Source of the DNA: Candidatus Poribacteria bacterium
GTDB lineage: Bacteria; Poribacteria; WGA-4E; PCPOR2b
Assembly: GCA_965218095.1 (NCBI GenBank)
Contig: OZ244587.1
Span: forward strand, 1,376,001 to 1,440,000
DNA: 64,000 nucleotides
Direction of reading: 5' to 3'
Shown: positions 17,985-28,646 of the stretch, one piece after another
Position numbering within the stretch: the first letter of the stretch is position 1
Layout of the letters: every line of letters begins with the position of its first letter
The notes under the pieces: generated by a model
Databases searched by the model: none
What the model saw: the letters and a program-made list of their open reading frames with translations, nothing else
Told to the model about the DNA's origin: nothing
Program-made: the position numbers and the translations under genes

Positions 17985-19093
17985 GAGGGGTGTGCATAAA
18001 TATAGTTGACATAATCAAGCCAAAAGGGTTTCCTATTGTTATCATAGCAAAAGGAGCCCCAATATGGTACAAAGACCAATGTTGGCTGATTATGTCACTC
18101 TTATTATGCAACTCTTTGAGCAGTTTATGCAACACCGTATTGACAAACCAGGTGTCACACACGCAAAACCATTGACATATTCAACCACCTCGTTTATCAT
18201 TTTCTTCATGTTGATGCAGTTTCACGGCATCTATGGCTTCAAAACGCAATGGCGGTGGCTAATCAATCACCCAGAAGTGTTACAAATGCTGGGGTGGCAA
18301 CAGCCCCCTCATCGAACCACGATTGCACGTCGCTATAAGGCATTATATGAAGTGATAGAGGCATTTGTATTGTTTATCGGTCAGTATGCCACTGACTTGT
18401 CCCAACAATTCAACTTGGCTCATCTGGTAGCCGACAAAAGTTTATTTAAGGCACGAGGACCCGTCTGGCATCAAACTGACCGCAAAGCAGGAAAAGTACC
18501 TAAACATCTACGCAACCTCGACACCGATGCCACGTGGAGCAAGAGTGGTTATCATGGCTGGGTCTATGGCTACGGACTTCACATTATCTGCACACAAGGT
18601 GCGTTCCCAACACTGATAACTGTGCACCGTGCGTCGGTCTCCGAAAGTTGGGCGATAGATGCTAAAGCGTCTGAGATTCTGACACAACTTTCACCGCAGA
18701 CACTCACTGCCGATGATGCCTATACCCAAGCAGACCGTATCCGTCGTTGGGCGAAGGCACAAGTCGCTTTGATTACCCCGGCACTTAGATGGACAAAGGG
18801 ACGGTTTGCCAAGGCGTATCATCGATTTATCAACCAACCCAAGCAGCGTCTCTGTTTAAGCAAACGTCGCAGTTCGGTTGAACCGTTGTTTGACTTGATT
18901 GCTAAAGTGATAGGCACCACTCCTCAACAGAAGCAGTTACCGGTCAAGGGGTTTTTCAATGTACGCTGTTGTTTAGCTATCGGGGTGTTATCAGTGCAAG
19001 TGGCTATGATTGCCAATGCCATATGGAAGTTACCTGCTCGCAATATCTCTCATATGGCGGCTGTTTTCCAATGAACTACTATGCACACCCCTC
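17985..19093 (+). mobile_element. Insertion sequence (DDE_Tnp_1-type; IS4/IS5/IS982-like)
   Basis: Perfect 14-bp TIR GAGGGGTGTGCATA; 8-bp TSD AGCTATAT (17977-17984, 19094-19101). Confidence 0.92.
18064..19074 (+). CDS. DDE transposase
   Basis: VADKS, DTDATW, GWVYGYGLH, TADDAY, RRSSVEPLF; fills the TIR-bounded interval. Confidence 0.9.
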   Translation: MVQRPMLADYVTLIMQLFEQFMQHRIDKPGVTHAKPLTYSTTSFIIFFMLMQFHGIYGFKTQWRWLINHPEVLQMLGWQQPPHRTTIARRYKALYEVIEAFVLFIGQYATDLSQQFNLAHLVADKSLFKARGPVWHQTDRKAGKVPKHLRNLDTDATWSKSGYHGWVYGYGLHIICTQGAFPTLITVHRASVSESWAIDAKASEILTQLSPQTLTADDAYTQADRIRRWAKAQVALITPALRWTKGRFAKAYHRFINQPKQRLCLSKRRSSVEPLFDLIAKVIGTTPQQKQLPVKGFFNVRCCLAIGVLSVQVAMIANAIWKLPARNISHMAAVFQ

Positions 19094-19229
19094 AGCTATA
19101 TTGCATTATGTTACCCAGAAACGCATTGTAATCTCCCATGAGTCGATAATTTTATACCTGAACTTACCCCCATCCTTTAGACAGAAATGAATGAGATTTA
19201 AGATAGCCAATCGGGTCAACTCGGTCAAG

Positions 19230-20472
19230 TGTAAACGCCTGAAATTACTGGAAATACACCCCGTGCGGTGTTCGATAGTCGAGCGATTGATGAAACCGCT
19301 GTTGATTGTAAAAGTTGAAATAGTCTCTCAATCAACGCCAAGTATGTGGTAACTGAGTCATAGTTGTTGAGATAAACCTCCTCATACTTGACACTCCGCC
19401 AGAGACGCTCAATGAAGATGTTGTCAAAAACTCTGCCTCTGCTGTCCCAACTGATGGCAATCTGAACCACTTCAAGTCGAGCTGTAAAAGCATCAGAAGT
19501 AAATTGACTGCCTTGGTCGTTGTTGAATATCAAGGGGCTCGATTGGGTAAGTGCCCGTTCGAGAGCCGACAGACAAAAGCATACGTCTAGTGAGTTTGAA
19601 AGTTCCCACGACAACACGTAACGGGAAAACCAATCCATAACCGCTACCAGATAAACAAAACCATGACTCAAGCGAATATAGGTTATATCCGTTGCCCAGA
19701 CCGGGTTCGGTCTGATGATACTTAATCCCTTCAGTAGATAGGGATACATCTTCGACGGTTTGGCTATACCCGAGGGCTTGGGCTTCGGATAGATGGCAGC
19801 CAATCCCATCTTTCGCATCAACCGAGCCACCCGTTTCCGATTGACGACATGCCCTTGGGAACGAAGCCATACAGTCAATCGAGGGACTCCATAGAACGGT
19901 GTCTAGGTGTACTGCTCATCTATCAAACGCATATAGAGCAGATTGTGTGGCGACTCGCCTACAGGTCGGTAATAGAACGAGGCACAGACCCAGCAGTTCG
20001 CATTGTCTGACAACTGACGGTGAACGGCACGTCTTTTCAATAGCTGTCGATTCTGTTCAACGGAGGAGTTGAGTTTTTTTGAAGCCAGTCGAGTTCCACC
20101 TTCAACTGTCCGATTTGGCGATAGAGTTCAGATGCTAGCTGTTCATTGTCGGTGGCTGCTTTTGAGCGTCCGTTTGTAAAGAGTTGCGGTAATTCTTCAA
20201 GCACCTGCTTTTTCCATTGGCTGACTTGAGTCGGGTAGACCCCATATTTACTGGCAATCTGAGCGACGGTTTGTTGATTTTTTATCGCCTCAATAGCCAC
20301 CTGTGCTTTGAATCTGCCATCGTACTGTTTTCTGCTGTTTTCTACGGAACATGGCATGAAAACTCCTTTCTTTTTCTGGGCGTTTCTGACCCATATTTTC
20401 GCACAGATGATGACCGTTTTGCCAGTCGGAAATCCACCTTATTCAACTGTCTAGGTTTTGGGGGTAATTATA
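19230..20472 (-). mobile_element. IS3-family element, degraded
   Basis: orfA 20037-20357 (FKAQVAIEA HTH); orfB pieces with WATDITY, DQGSQFTS, NIFIERLWRSVKYEEVY, plus stops and frameshifts; left end TATAATTACCCCCAAAACCTAGACA; right end degenerate. Confidence 0.88.
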
Positions 20473-20568
20473 ACCCACTGGCTATATCTTTACAATTTTC
20501 ATGAACAGTCAAAACAGTTTACCACAAATCTAGGGGCAGATCAAGGAAACACAGGAACAATTTCTGTG

Positions 20569-20598
20569 CTTGACACCCTTTTGGATGATATGTTATAT
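20569..20598 (+). promoter_or_regulatory. rpsB promoter
   Basis: TTGACA-18-TATATT with an extended TG. Confidence 0.55.
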
Positions 20599-20629
20599 TT
20601 TTCTCGTTTTTCGCACCGTATATTTGGAT

Positions 20630-20713
20630 AAATACACACTTCCTGATTTACACAGAGGGTCTCTCCCGTTTCGAGAGTCTGATGTAAATGTGACGGGAGT
20701 GGAAGTAAAAACC
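20630..20713 (+). promoter_or_regulatory. rpsB (S2) leader RNA, probably autoregulatory
   Basis: ATACACAC..stem..GTGGAAGTAAAAACC layout typical of S2 leaders. Confidence 0.55.
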
Positions 20714-20738
20714 TGAAAGTTAGGTAAAGGAGGTTTTT

Positions 20739-21659
20739 TTGAGAACAGTTATAATGAAAGAACTCCTTGAAGCGGGAGTTCATTTTGGGCATCAGTCGCG
20801 GCGATGGAACCCAAAAATGGCGCAGTATATCTTTGCTGAACGTAATGGTATCTACATTATAGACCTTCAGAAAACGTTGCGTCTACTGCAGACTGCTTAC
20901 GAATTTGTGCAGGACATTGCAGCAGGCGGAGGAGTTGTGCTTTTCGTCGGCACCAAAAAGCAAGCTCAGGAAACGGTTGTGGAAGAAGCGACAAAATGCC
21001 AGATGTTTTACGTGAACCATCGTTGGCTAGGTGGTATGTTGACCAACTACGAAACCATCAAACGTAGTATCGACCGATTGATGAAAATAGAGGGAGACGA
21101 AGCAAGCGGAATCTTTGAGCAACTACCTAAAAAGGAAGTCATGAGCCTCAGACGTGAAAAAACGAAGTTAAACAATAATCTTGCTGGAATCAAGACGATG
21201 GGGCAACTTCCTGAGGCAGTCATTATCACTGACATCCGAAAGGAACATATCGCGGTTAAGGAAGCGAATAAGCTCGGTATTCCAGTAGTTGCAATTATTG
21301 ATACGAACTGCGATCCGGACCCGATTGACTATCCAATCCCTGCAAATGATGATGCAATCCGGGCAATTAAGCTCATCTGTTCCATACTTGCGACTGCAGT
21401 CATCGAAGGGCGGGCAAGTGCACTGGAGGGGGCTGATGATCAGGAAGCACCACAACCAGAGTCAGCAACCGATGAAAATGAGGTGAGCGAAGAAGCTTCA
21501 CCCCCAGACGATGACAATTCTATAGTTTTTGATGAAGACTCTACGACTCCTGTTGAGGAAACTCCCCGTAGAAGAAGACGAACTCGCAGGAAACAAGCAT
21601 CGGATGAACAACCAGAAGCCAAGCCTCAAGAGGATGGACAATCTGAAACTGAGATTTAA
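20739..21659 (+). CDS. rpsB: 30S ribosomal protein S2 with a long acidic tail
   Basis: [28 protein letters not shown]. Confidence 0.98.
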   Translation: MRTVIMKELLEAGVHFGHQSRRWNPKMAQYIFAERNGIYIIDLQKTLRLLQTAYEFVQDIAAGGGVVLFVGTKKQAQETVVEEATKCQMFYVNHRWLGGMLTNYETIKRSIDRLMKIEGDEASGIFEQLPKKEVMSLRREKTKLNNNLAGIKTMGQLPEAVIITDIRKEHIAVKEANKLGIPVVAIIDTNCDPDPIDYPIPANDDAIRAIKLICSILATAVIEGRASALEGADDQEAPQPESATDENEVSEEASPPDDDNSIVFDEDSTTPVEETPRRRRRTRRKQASDEQPEAKPQEDGQSETEI

Positions 21660-21741
21660 GAGGTTTTATCGTTAGGGTTAGAATGGAGTCGGGCTAGCCA
21701 TTTACCGCCCGGTTCTACCGAAAATGGAGGATCACAATTTA

Positions 21742-22341
21742 ATGGAAATTACTGCGAAGATGGTCGGTGAGTTGCGGATACGCACAGGCACCGGAATTAT
21801 GGATTGTAAGAAAGCCCTGATCGAATCAAACGGAGATTTGGAGGCGGCCATTCAACATCTGCGTGAAAAAGGACTGAAAGCTTCGGAACTTAGAGGTGGG
21901 CGCACCGCTTCTGAAGGGTTGGTAGTCTCATATATTCACCCCGGTAATCGAATTGGGTCGTTGGTTGAAGTCAATTGTGAAACAGATTTTGTCGCCCGGA
22001 CGGAACAATTTCAAACCCTGACAAAAGAGATTGCGATGCAGATTGCCGCCGCAAAACCGAAATATACCAGCAAGGAGGACGTGCCTGAAAGCGTCTTAGA
22101 ATCGGAAAGAGTGATTTTGAGAAAGCAAACGCTTGGTGAGGGGAAACCGGAGCATATCGTTGAGAAAATCGTCGAAGGCAGACTATCTAAATTTTACGCT
22201 GAGGCGTGTTTACTCGAACAGCCTTATATTCGGGAAATCGATAAAACTGTTAAACAACTCCTCCAGGAGGCAATCGCACAGCTTGGAGAAAACATTGTCG
22301 TGAGGCATTTTTCCCTCTATGTCTTAGGGCAAGGGGAATAG
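21742..22341 (+). CDS. tsf: Elongation factor Ts (short form)
   Basis: MDCKKAL, EVNCETDFVA; RBS favours ATG 21742. Confidence 0.97.
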   Translation: MEITAKMVGELRIRTGTGIMDCKKALIESNGDLEAAIQHLREKGLKASELRGGRTASEGLVVSYIHPGNRIGSLVEVNCETDFVARTEQFQTLTKEIAMQIAAAKPKYTSKEDVPESVLESERVILRKQTLGEGKPEHIVEKIVEGRLSKFYAEACLLEQPYIREIDKTVKQLLQEAIAQLGENIVVRHFSLYVLGQGE

Positions 22342-22405
22342 GTGAACGGGCAAATGAGGTTTGCAAATTCGTTGATTCGCAGATTCGATAACAGGAGTTT
22401 TCAAA

Positions 22406-22963
22406 ATGCCCAAAACAATTCTTCGTAATACAGAAACGCGGATGAAAAAGGCGGTGGAAGCCGCGGCAAAAGACTTTGCGCATGTACGCACTGGGAGAGC
22501 CTCGTCCGCTTTACTAGATGGTATCCATGTCGAGTGTTACGGGACCAAGAGCCCGCTTAATCAGGTTGCAACGATTACCATCCCTGAATCGCGTCTTATC
22601 GTCATCCAACCCTGGGATAAAACAATTATTAAGGATGTTGAAAAAGCCATCGCCCGATCTGATTTGGGGCTGAACCCAAACAGTGACGGAAATGTGATCC
22701 GGATTCAAATCCCTGAACTGACGACAGAACGTCGAAAAGAGATGACCAAATATGTCAGTACATTAGCTGAAGAAGGGCGTATTGCGATAAGAAATATCAG
22801 GCGTAACGCAAATGATTCTCTACAGAAGTTAGCAAAATCAAAAGAGATCTCTAAGGATGAACGTCATACTTATGGGAGTCAGGTCCAGGAGATCACGGAT
22901 AAATACAGTGATCAGGTCAATGAGCTATTAAAATCAAAGGAAGAGGAATTACTTGAATTGTAA
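22406..22963 (+). CDS. frr: Ribosome recycling factor
   Basis: RTGRAS, IQPWDK, PELTTERR. Confidence 0.97.
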   Translation: MPKTILRNTETRMKKAVEAAAKDFAHVRTGRASSALLDGIHVECYGTKSPLNQVATITIPESRLIVIQPWDKTIIKDVEKAIARSDLGLNPNSDGNVIRIQIPELTTERRKEMTKYVSTLAEEGRIAIRNIRRNANDSLQKLAKSKEISKDERHTYGSQVQEITDKYSDQVNELLKSKEEELLEL

Positions 22964-23103
22964 TCAGCAATTGAAATTAATCAATGTCGAATCGCTGAAT
23001 TGCTAAACAGACGCCTCGTCTTCATGAAATCAACACGGATTGAATAAACCAGAATCTTAAGGAATTTCAGGGCTGATTTGCCAATTTATCCTCCCCGCGG
23101 CCA

Positions 23104-23919
23104 ATGTTTTGGAAGCGAGCCATCAGTACTATTATCTTAATTCCTGTTATTATTTTCCTCGTTTGGCGGGGAGAGCACCTCTATTCAGCATTGATTGTTC
23201 TCGTCACTGTTGTGATGTTGATTGAGTTCTGCCAACTTTCTCAATCGATTAGGGCGAAAGGAAGTCAGATTCTCACCATTGTATGTGGTTTACTGTTGTG
23301 TTTATCAGCAATTGAATTACTGGATTTTAAGATCTCTGTTCAACTCGCGCTCGCCTTGACACTCCTTCTTCCTTTTTCCTGCCAAATTTTTCGCAATCAG
23401 GTTAATGTCGCATTCCTTTCTATTGCCAGTACGTTGATGGGTGCCGTTTATATCGGTTGGGCATTTGGCTATCATCTGATTTTGCTGCGCCACATCAGTG
23501 ATGTTGGCAGCGGATTAATTTTCTTCTTGCTTGTGATTATCTGGCTGGGTGATACAGGGGCATACCTCTTCGGCAAATGGTTTGGCAAACATAAACTCAG
23601 GCCCCAAATTAGTCCCGGTAAAACCGTCGAAGGGACGATTGCAGGTTTAGGCTTTGGGGTGCTCGGAGGGCTCGGGGTTTGGTCTCTTTTATTGAAGGAC
23701 ACACTGAGTCTCCCACACACGCTGATCCTTGGCGTTTTATTAGGAATTGTCGGTCAACTGAGCGATTTGAGCGAGTCTATTATCAAACGCAGTGCTGATG
23801 TTAAAGATTCAGGTCGATTAATCCCCGGACACGGCGGGTTGCTGGATCGATGCGACAGTTTGATTTTTTCTGCGCCTGCACTTTACTACTATTTTCAATA
23901 TCTGATACGTGATGCATGA
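23104..23919 (+). CDS. cdsA: Phosphatidate cytidylyltransferase
   Basis: SPGKTVEG, KDSG.LIPGHGGLLDRCDS. Confidence 0.95.
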   Translation: MFWKRAISTIILIPVIIFLVWRGEHLYSALIVLVTVVMLIEFCQLSQSIRAKGSQILTIVCGLLLCLSAIELLDFKISVQLALALTLLLPFSCQIFRNQVNVAFLSIASTLMGAVYIGWAFGYHLILLRHISDVGSGLIFFLLVIIWLGDTGAYLFGKWFGKHKLRPQISPGKTVEGTIAGLGFGVLGGLGVWSLLLKDTLSLPHTLILGVLLGIVGQLSDLSESIIKRSADVKDSGRLIPGHGGLLDRCDSLIFSAPALYYYFQYLIRDA

Positions 23920-23969
23920 TGGAGCGCAAAACCTGTTTTGCCGCTCATTCGCTGATTTGTCTATTTGTT

Positions 23970-25145
23970 ATGAAACATCTCGCCATTCTCGGTTCCACAG
24001 GGTCAATTGGGCAAAACGCACTTTCGATCGTGGAGACGCACTCCGATGAATTTGCCATTGCTGGGCTCGCTGCGAACACTTCGGTCGATCTGATGGAGCA
24101 GCAGGTTCGTCAATTTCGCCCACGACTTGTGGCACTAAAGGATGGAGAAGCCGCTGAGCAACTGAGGAAACGCCTGAGGGATGTCAAAAAGGTTGAGGTG
24201 TTTTCAGGCCGCGAAGGAGTTTTGGCGATTGCGACGATGGAGGGGGTTGATCTTGTCCTCGAAGCGATCGGTGGTAGCGCGGGACTACTACCAACGTTGG
24301 AAGCGATTCAAGCCGGAAAGGACCTTGCATTTGTCAACAAAGAAGTGCTGGTCATGTGCGGTTCGTTGATCATGGATGCAGTCCAGGAATACGACGTCCG
24401 CCTTTTGCCTGTGGACAGCGAGATTAGCGCCATCTTCCAGTGTCTTTCCAACTACGACGGTAACAACGGAAAACGCAGCGAAATTCATCGTCTCATTCTC
24501 ACCGCTTCCGGCGGTCCCTTTCGCCAAACCCCGTTGCATCAGCTCCACGCTGTGACACTCCAACAGGCTTTGAAGCATCCGAACTGGCAGATGGGGGAAA
24601 AAGTCACAATTGACTCAGCAACGATGATGAATAAGGGATTTGAGGTCATTGAGTCGAAATGGTTCTTTGATATGGAGTTGTCGCAGATCGAAGTTGTGAT
24701 TCACCCGGAAAGTATTATTCATTCGATGGTTGAATTTGTCGATGGTTCGTTGCTCGCCCAATTAGGGGTTTCAGATATGCGCCTGCCAATCCAATACGCA
24801 TTCACTTATCCGTGCCGCTTGCCTACCCCCGCCCCACGCCTTGACCTGTCCCAAATTCGTTCTCTGCGCATGGAATCTGTGGATTTTGAAAAATTCCCTT
24901 GCCTGGGTCTCGCTTACACTGCCGCGAAAGTTAGCGGGACCCTGCCGACTGTTCTCAGCAGTGCCGATGAAGTCGTTGTGCAGGCATTTCTGAATCAGCA
25001 GATTCGCTTCACAGACATTCCAGTGTTCCTCAAGGAAGTCATGACCCAACATGATGTGACGCTTCAGCCAAATCTCGATGATATTCTCGCCGCTGATCGA
25101 TGGGCAAAATCAACAGCGCACAAATTAATTCAGACAAGAAGGTGA
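23970..25145 (+). CDS. dxr: 1-deoxy-D-xylulose 5-phosphate reductoisomerase
   Basis: LGSTGSIG, PVDSE, LTASGGPF, HPNWQMG.KVTIDSATMMNKG; start uncertain. Confidence 0.97.
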   Translation: MKHLAILGSTGSIGQNALSIVETHSDEFAIAGLAANTSVDLMEQQVRQFRPRLVALKDGEAAEQLRKRLRDVKKVEVFSGREGVLAIATMEGVDLVLEAIGGSAGLLPTLEAIQAGKDLAFVNKEVLVMCGSLIMDAVQEYDVRLLPVDSEISAIFQCLSNYDGNNGKRSEIHRLILTASGGPFRQTPLHQLHAVTLQQALKHPNWQMGEKVTIDSATMMNKGFEVIESKWFFDMELSQIEVVIHPESIIHSMVEFVDGSLLAQLGVSDMRLPIQYAFTYPCRLPTPAPRLDLSQIRSLRMESVDFEKFPCLGLAYTAAKVSGTLPTVLSSADEVVVQAFLNQQIRFTDIPVFLKEVMTQHDVTLQPNLDDILAADRWAKSTAHKLIQTRR

Positions 25146-25150
25146 TATTC

Positions 25151-26809
25151 ATGTTTCAATCGGCCAATGGAATTATTATTGCAATTTTCTCTCTTGGCTT
25201 TCTCATTTTTATTCATGAACTCGGACATTTTCTCGCAGCGAAGCGGTGCGGTATTCGCGTTGAGAAATTTTCAATCGGTTTTGGCCCCAAGCTGCTTGGT
25301 TTTCGGCGCAGAGAAACAGACTACTGTTTCTCTGCTTTGCCGTTTGGCGGATTTGTAAAAATGTCGGGAGAAAATCCTGAGGAACAAACAGGTGCGACAG
25401 GCGAATTTGCTTCAGCCCCCGTTGGGCACCGCATCTTTGTAGCGATTACCGGGCCCGCAATGAACTTTGTGTTGGGTATCGTTCTATTTTCGCTGGTCTA
25501 TTTTATTGGGTTGGATCATGACACTGTTCGATTGATGGAGATGTTGACGGGTGAGACTTTCGGAAAGTCTGCGCAAATGACTCAGATTGGGTTAGTCGCT
25601 GATGATAGTCCTGCGAAGGATGGTGGCATACAGCCGGGTGACACGATCATTTCGATCAACGGACAAAAGGTCAAGAATTGGCAGGATTTCCACACAAGAA
25701 TCTTTACCAGCCCCGAGAAGAAACTTGAGATTGTCGTTTCCTGCGATGGTCAGTTGAAGTCACTCGACGTGACGCCTGAAAGCAAGCACAGGAAGGGCAT
25801 TGGTGAGATCGGTCAGATTAAGGTCTCTTCCCGGCAGGAGGTCATGGTTGGGAATGTCGCTGAAGGAAGTTCAGCAACAAAGGTTGGAATCCAAGCCGGC
25901 GACTTGATTGAAACCATCAATGAGGAAAAAATCTATCATATCCCTGAATTTGATTCCCGAATCTGGGAAACTCCTGAGTGGGTTGGATTGGAACATCAGA
26001 AATTTTACAAGCGAATTAAAGACAGGCGAGGCGGCGAGATTGCGATTGGAATCAGGCGTGGTACAGAATCGTTGGCTCTAAACTTGCCTGTCGACTGGAC
26101 GGTTCGCGCTAGGGTTGACGAAGGAAGCGCAACGCAAACGGCAGGTATCCAATCTGGAGACCAGATTGTTGAAATCAATGGAGAACCTATTGAGAGCTTC
26201 GATTTATACCCGAGATTGTATGAGTTGACTCAAGCGAATCCCGATCAGGCGGTCGAAATCGGACTCCGGCGCGATGGTGAACATCTGACCGCAACCCTGA
26301 CGCTTCAGATTGTCGGTGATGAAAATCGACTCAATCTCCGAGGATTACATTGGGAGATGTCGATGAGTGGGCTTGCGTTCACTGCACCATCCATTCAAAT
26401 CCCAAAATATGATCTCATCACGGCAGTCGGAAAAGGCATCCAAACAAATTGGTTCATCCTTGAGATGGTCGCAAAGGTCCTCAGACGTCTCATCACTCGG
26501 GAGGTTTCACCTAAATTTCTCACAGGCCCGATCGGGATTGTGAATGCGACAAGCCGGGTTGTACAAATCGGTGTGATGAGCCTACTCTTTTTCGTGGGCT
26601 TCATCAGCGTGAATCTAGGTATTGTGAATTTGTTGCCCATTCCGATTGCTGATGGTGGTCAAATCCTTTTCTTCACCCTTGAAAAATTACGCGGCAAACC
26701 CTTGAGTCTTCGTAAACAGACGATTATCCAGCAGGTCAGTATTGTCCTAATCGCTGGTCTATTCTTATATATCACATTCTATGACCTCTTGCGCGTCTTT
26801 TTCGTCTGA
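25151..26809 (+). CDS. rseP: RIP metalloprotease RseP with multiple PDZ domains
   Basis: HELGH, GPAMN, NLLPIPIADGG; three repeated GIQ.GD.I PDZ starts. Confidence 0.93.
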   Translation: MFQSANGIIIAIFSLGFLIFIHELGHFLAAKRCGIRVEKFSIGFGPKLLGFRRRETDYCFSALPFGGFVKMSGENPEEQTGATGEFASAPVGHRIFVAITGPAMNFVLGIVLFSLVYFIGLDHDTVRLMEMLTGETFGKSAQMTQIGLVADDSPAKDGGIQPGDTIISINGQKVKNWQDFHTRIFTSPEKKLEIVVSCDGQLKSLDVTPESKHRKGIGEIGQIKVSSRQEVMVGNVAEGSSATKVGIQAGDLIETINEEKIYHIPEFDSRIWETPEWVGLEHQKFYKRIKDRRGGEIAIGIRRGTESLALNLPVDWTVRARVDEGSATQTAGIQSGDQIVEINGEPIESFDLYPRLYELTQANPDQAVEIGLRRDGEHLTATLTLQIVGDENRLNLRGLHWEMSMSGLAFTAPSIQIPKYDLITAVGKGIQTNWFILEMVAKVLRRLITREVSPKFLTGPIGIVNATSRVVQIGVMSLLFFVGFISVNLGIVNLLPIPIADGGQILFFTLEKLRGKPLSLRKQTIIQQVSIVLIAGLFLYITFYDLLRVFFV

Positions 26810-26864
26810 TGCCGAAGACTGGGGGATAGGACATGAGAAAGCCAGCGAATCAAGACGCCTAACG

Positions 26865-27917
26865 ATGTTAAATCTCGCTCAAATCAAACAACATGATTCC
26901 GAGGACATGCTTCACTTATTGAACGCCTTTTCTGAACAGTGCAAGCGTGCTCAGGAAATTGCCGAGAATTTCCAGTTTAACAGACATGATGAACGAATGC
27001 CCAGCAATATCGTCATCGCTGGGATGGGTGGCTCTGCGATTAGCGGCGACCTGGTGAAGGCGGTGCTCAACGACCAATCGCCAATCCCAATTATCGTCCA
27101 CCGGAACTATACACTCCCTGCATTTGTTACATCTCAGACGCTCTTTATTGCTGTCAGTTACTCCGGCAATACGGAAGAAACCTTGCAGTCCATTGAGACG
27201 GCATTTGCGAGAGGGGCAAAGATCGTTACAATTACCAGCGGTGGAAAGTTAAAGGCATTCACAGATGCGCATCACCTTCCCGGTGTGACCATCCCGTCTG
27301 GGCAGCAACCCAGAGCTTCGCTTGGCTACCTGTTTATACCGATTTTAGCCACCCTGGTACGGCTGGGATTTGCGTCGAACCTTAATCTCCGGGGCGATTT
27401 GGATGAGACGATCGACCTGACGTCGAAACTGGCAGAGGATTTTCATCCGGATGTACTGGATAGTCAGCCGAAGCGGCTGGCGCAGCAGTTGTACGGGAAG
27501 TTGCCTATCATCTATGCGCCCCAAGAACTGGAGGCGGTTGCGATGCGATGGATGGGGCAGATTAACGAAAACAGCAAATCACTCTCCTATTACAATGTGT
27601 TTCCAGAGATGAATCACAATGAGATTGAAGGTTGGAAGCATCCGCGAACCTTAACGCAACAGTGCCATATCATCCAACTCCATGATTCGATCGCTCCTTC
27701 TCAGACGCAGCGTCGAATGGACATAACCGCGGAACTGATTCAGTCGCATGCCGCCGGTATCACGCAGGTACATCCGCAAGGCAAATCACTATTGGCGCGT
27801 CTCTTATCGTTAATTACGATTGGGGATTGGACCAGCTTTTATCTTGCAATTTTGTACGCCCAAGATCCGACGCCTGTGACACGAATTGAGAAACTCAAAC
27901 GTCGATTGGAAGCGTAA
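26865..27917 (+). CDS. Bifunctional phosphoglucose/phosphomannose isomerase (SIS family)
   Basis: GMGGS, SYSGNTEET, QINENSK, PEMNHNE. Confidence 0.92.
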   Translation: MLNLAQIKQHDSEDMLHLLNAFSEQCKRAQEIAENFQFNRHDERMPSNIVIAGMGGSAISGDLVKAVLNDQSPIPIIVHRNYTLPAFVTSQTLFIAVSYSGNTEETLQSIETAFARGAKIVTITSGGKLKAFTDAHHLPGVTIPSGQQPRASLGYLFIPILATLVRLGFASNLNLRGDLDETIDLTSKLAEDFHPDVLDSQPKRLAQQLYGKLPIIYAPQELEAVAMRWMGQINENSKSLSYYNVFPEMNHNEIEGWKHPRTLTQQCHIIQLHDSIAPSQTQRRMDITAELIQSHAAGITQVHPQGKSLLARLLSLITIGDWTSFYLAILYAQDPTPVTRIEKLKRRLEA

Positions 27918-27959
27918 AACGTAAAGATCTGACACATTGCGTTTCACGTTTTACATTTC

Positions 27960-28646
27960 ATGCCAGATCAAAATGAACTTGTCCAGGAATATTTACAACT
28001 TGTCGCTACAGTGAGGGAATACGTGGAAGAACAAATGCAGCTTGGCTTTACAGAGTTACTTGAGCCAGAACAGAAATCCGAATTTGCCGATTTTGATATG
28101 GGAAAGTTGCGTCAAGAAGCGATGGGCTGTGAGCGATGTGAGTTGCATCAGGGGCGAAACACGGTTGTTTTCGGCGTTGGAAACGAAAACGCTGACCTCA
28201 TGTTCGTTGGGGAAGCCCCCGGCGCTGATGAAGACCGTCAGGGTGAACCCTTCGTCGGCCCAGCGGGCCAACTACTCACGCGCATCATCGAAGCGATGGG
28301 GTTGACACGTGATGATGTCTATATCGCGAATGTCATCAAGTGCCGTCCGCCCGGCAATCGAAACCCAAAACAGATCGAGATCGAAACCTGTGAACCCTTC
28401 CTACTCAGACAGATTGCGTTAATCAAGCCCAAGGTCGTCTGTGCCCTCGGCACCTTCGCTGCCCAAACGTTACTTCGTACCGATCAGAAGATTTCGATGT
28501 TACGTGGGCAATTTCACGATTATCATGGCTGCAAGCTCATGGCAACCTATCACCCCGCCTATCTCCTTCGGAATCCGCATGGGAAACGGAAACGAGATGT
28601 CTGGGAAGATATGAAGAAAGTCATGGCTGAACTAAAGAGTCAATGA
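27960..28646 (+). CDS. Uracil-DNA glycosylase, family 4
   Basis: C..C.L, VGEAPG..ED..G.PFVG, KCRPP.NR, YHPAYLLR. Confidence 0.95.
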   Translation: MPDQNELVQEYLQLVATVREYVEEQMQLGFTELLEPEQKSEFADFDMGKLRQEAMGCERCELHQGRNTVVFGVGNENADLMFVGEAPGADEDRQGEPFVGPAGQLLTRIIEAMGLTRDDVYIANVIKCRPPGNRNPKQIEIETCEPFLLRQIALIKPKVVCALGTFAAQTLLRTDQKISMLRGQFHDYHGCKLMATYHPAYLLRNPHGKRKRDVWEDMKKVMAELKSQ

